From NCBI RefSeq assembly GCF_000091665.1, contig NC_001732.1, forward strand, positions 6,486 to 38,485: a DNA stretch of 32,000 nt, given 5' to 3'. The notes under the pieces are model-generated. The model was given only the letters and a program-made list of their open reading frames with translations, was not told where the DNA came from and did not search any database. Source of the DNA: Methanocaldococcus jannaschii DSM 2661. GTDB lineage: Archaea; AGJL01; Methanococci; Methanococcales; Methanocaldococcaceae. Below are positions 31,640 to 32,000 of the stretch, in pieces (positions within the stretch are counted from its first letter, which is position 1; every line of letters starts with the position of its first letter). The position numbers were made by a program, and so were the translations under genes.

Positions 31640-32000
31640 TGCTTACATTTTTCTTATTTTTCTCCCCCTCCCTCTCGGGCTCTCCCCTCCCCCTCTTTTT
31701 AATTTTTCTATTTTAAAATTTAAATTAATATAATTATTAATTTGACAATTTGACAAGTTTTTTTATTTTTTATTATTGTTTTATTTTGATTGTATTTTTT
31801 GTTTTTGTTTGTTTTTATCCTATTTTTTTGCTTGTTTTGTTTTCTTTTGTTTTTTGTTTGATTGTATTTTGCATCGGTATTTTGTATTTTCTTTAGTAGG
31901 AGTTTGTATTATGTTTTTATTGTATTGTTGGATTATGTTGTCATGTTATTATTGTATTATTTAGTTATTGTATTATAATTTGTATTTTGTATTTCCTTAA
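31640..32000. repeat. Arm 2 of the long inverted repeat (partner 13700-13990); runs to the window edge
   Basis: The core ctccccctccctctcgggctctcccctccccctc (31662-31696) is the complement of the polypurine core at 13934-13962. A T+G-rich, C-poor tract follows. Confidence 0.7.

Overview
Very AT-rich archaeal DNA (about 70% A+T by eye). Genes carry GGTGA-type ribosome-binding sites 4-9 nt before the start codon. The gene content fits a large plasmid or extrachromosomal element of a hyperthermophilic methanogen. From memory only, not a search, the ParA/Soj, histone, MCM-like, CX5R phosphatase and 'archaeal ATPase' proteins resemble the large extrachromosomal element of Methanocaldococcus jannaschii.

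Left to right:
- Partial HerA-type ATPase (1-903, minus).
- Four-gene operon at 1046-3405: AbrB-like, unknown, ABC-type ATPase broken by an in-frame TAA, Toprim protein.
- Divergent MCM homologue (4202-6001) and a 412-aa orphan.
- Two tandem P-loop 'archaeal ATPase' paralogues, the first frameshifted.
- A 2.6-kb segment (10.4-13.1 kb) bounded by ~309-bp direct repeats. It has unusual composition, origin-like repeats, two perfect long palindromes and a frameshifted coiled-coil/winged-helix gene.
- A doubly frameshifted histone gene.
- Two helical-repeat proteins.
- A CX5R phosphatase convergent with an HhH-GPD-like protein.
- An internally duplicated PQQ-like beta-propeller protein.
- A parA plus RHH partition cassette, followed by a third ATPase paralogue.
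- A C2H2-zinc-finger/Hfq-like protein.
- A 1272-aa AEP-primase/SF2-helicase/wHTH fusion.
- An intact archaeal histone.
- A vapBC pair.

Main second-look items:
1. A dispersed family of 24-26-bp palindromes (core TGAATTGACTT-NN-AAGTCAATTCA) at module boundaries.
2. The repeat-bounded, compositionally foreign cassette with candidate origin elements.
3. The primase-helicase fusion.
4. The OLD/PARIS-like ATPase plus Toprim operon.
5. The replicon is a patchwork of decaying paralogous modules: three histone copies, ATPase/vapC junction relics, PQQ and HhH-GPD relics.

No rRNA, tRNA, CRISPR array, transposase or integrase was recognised.
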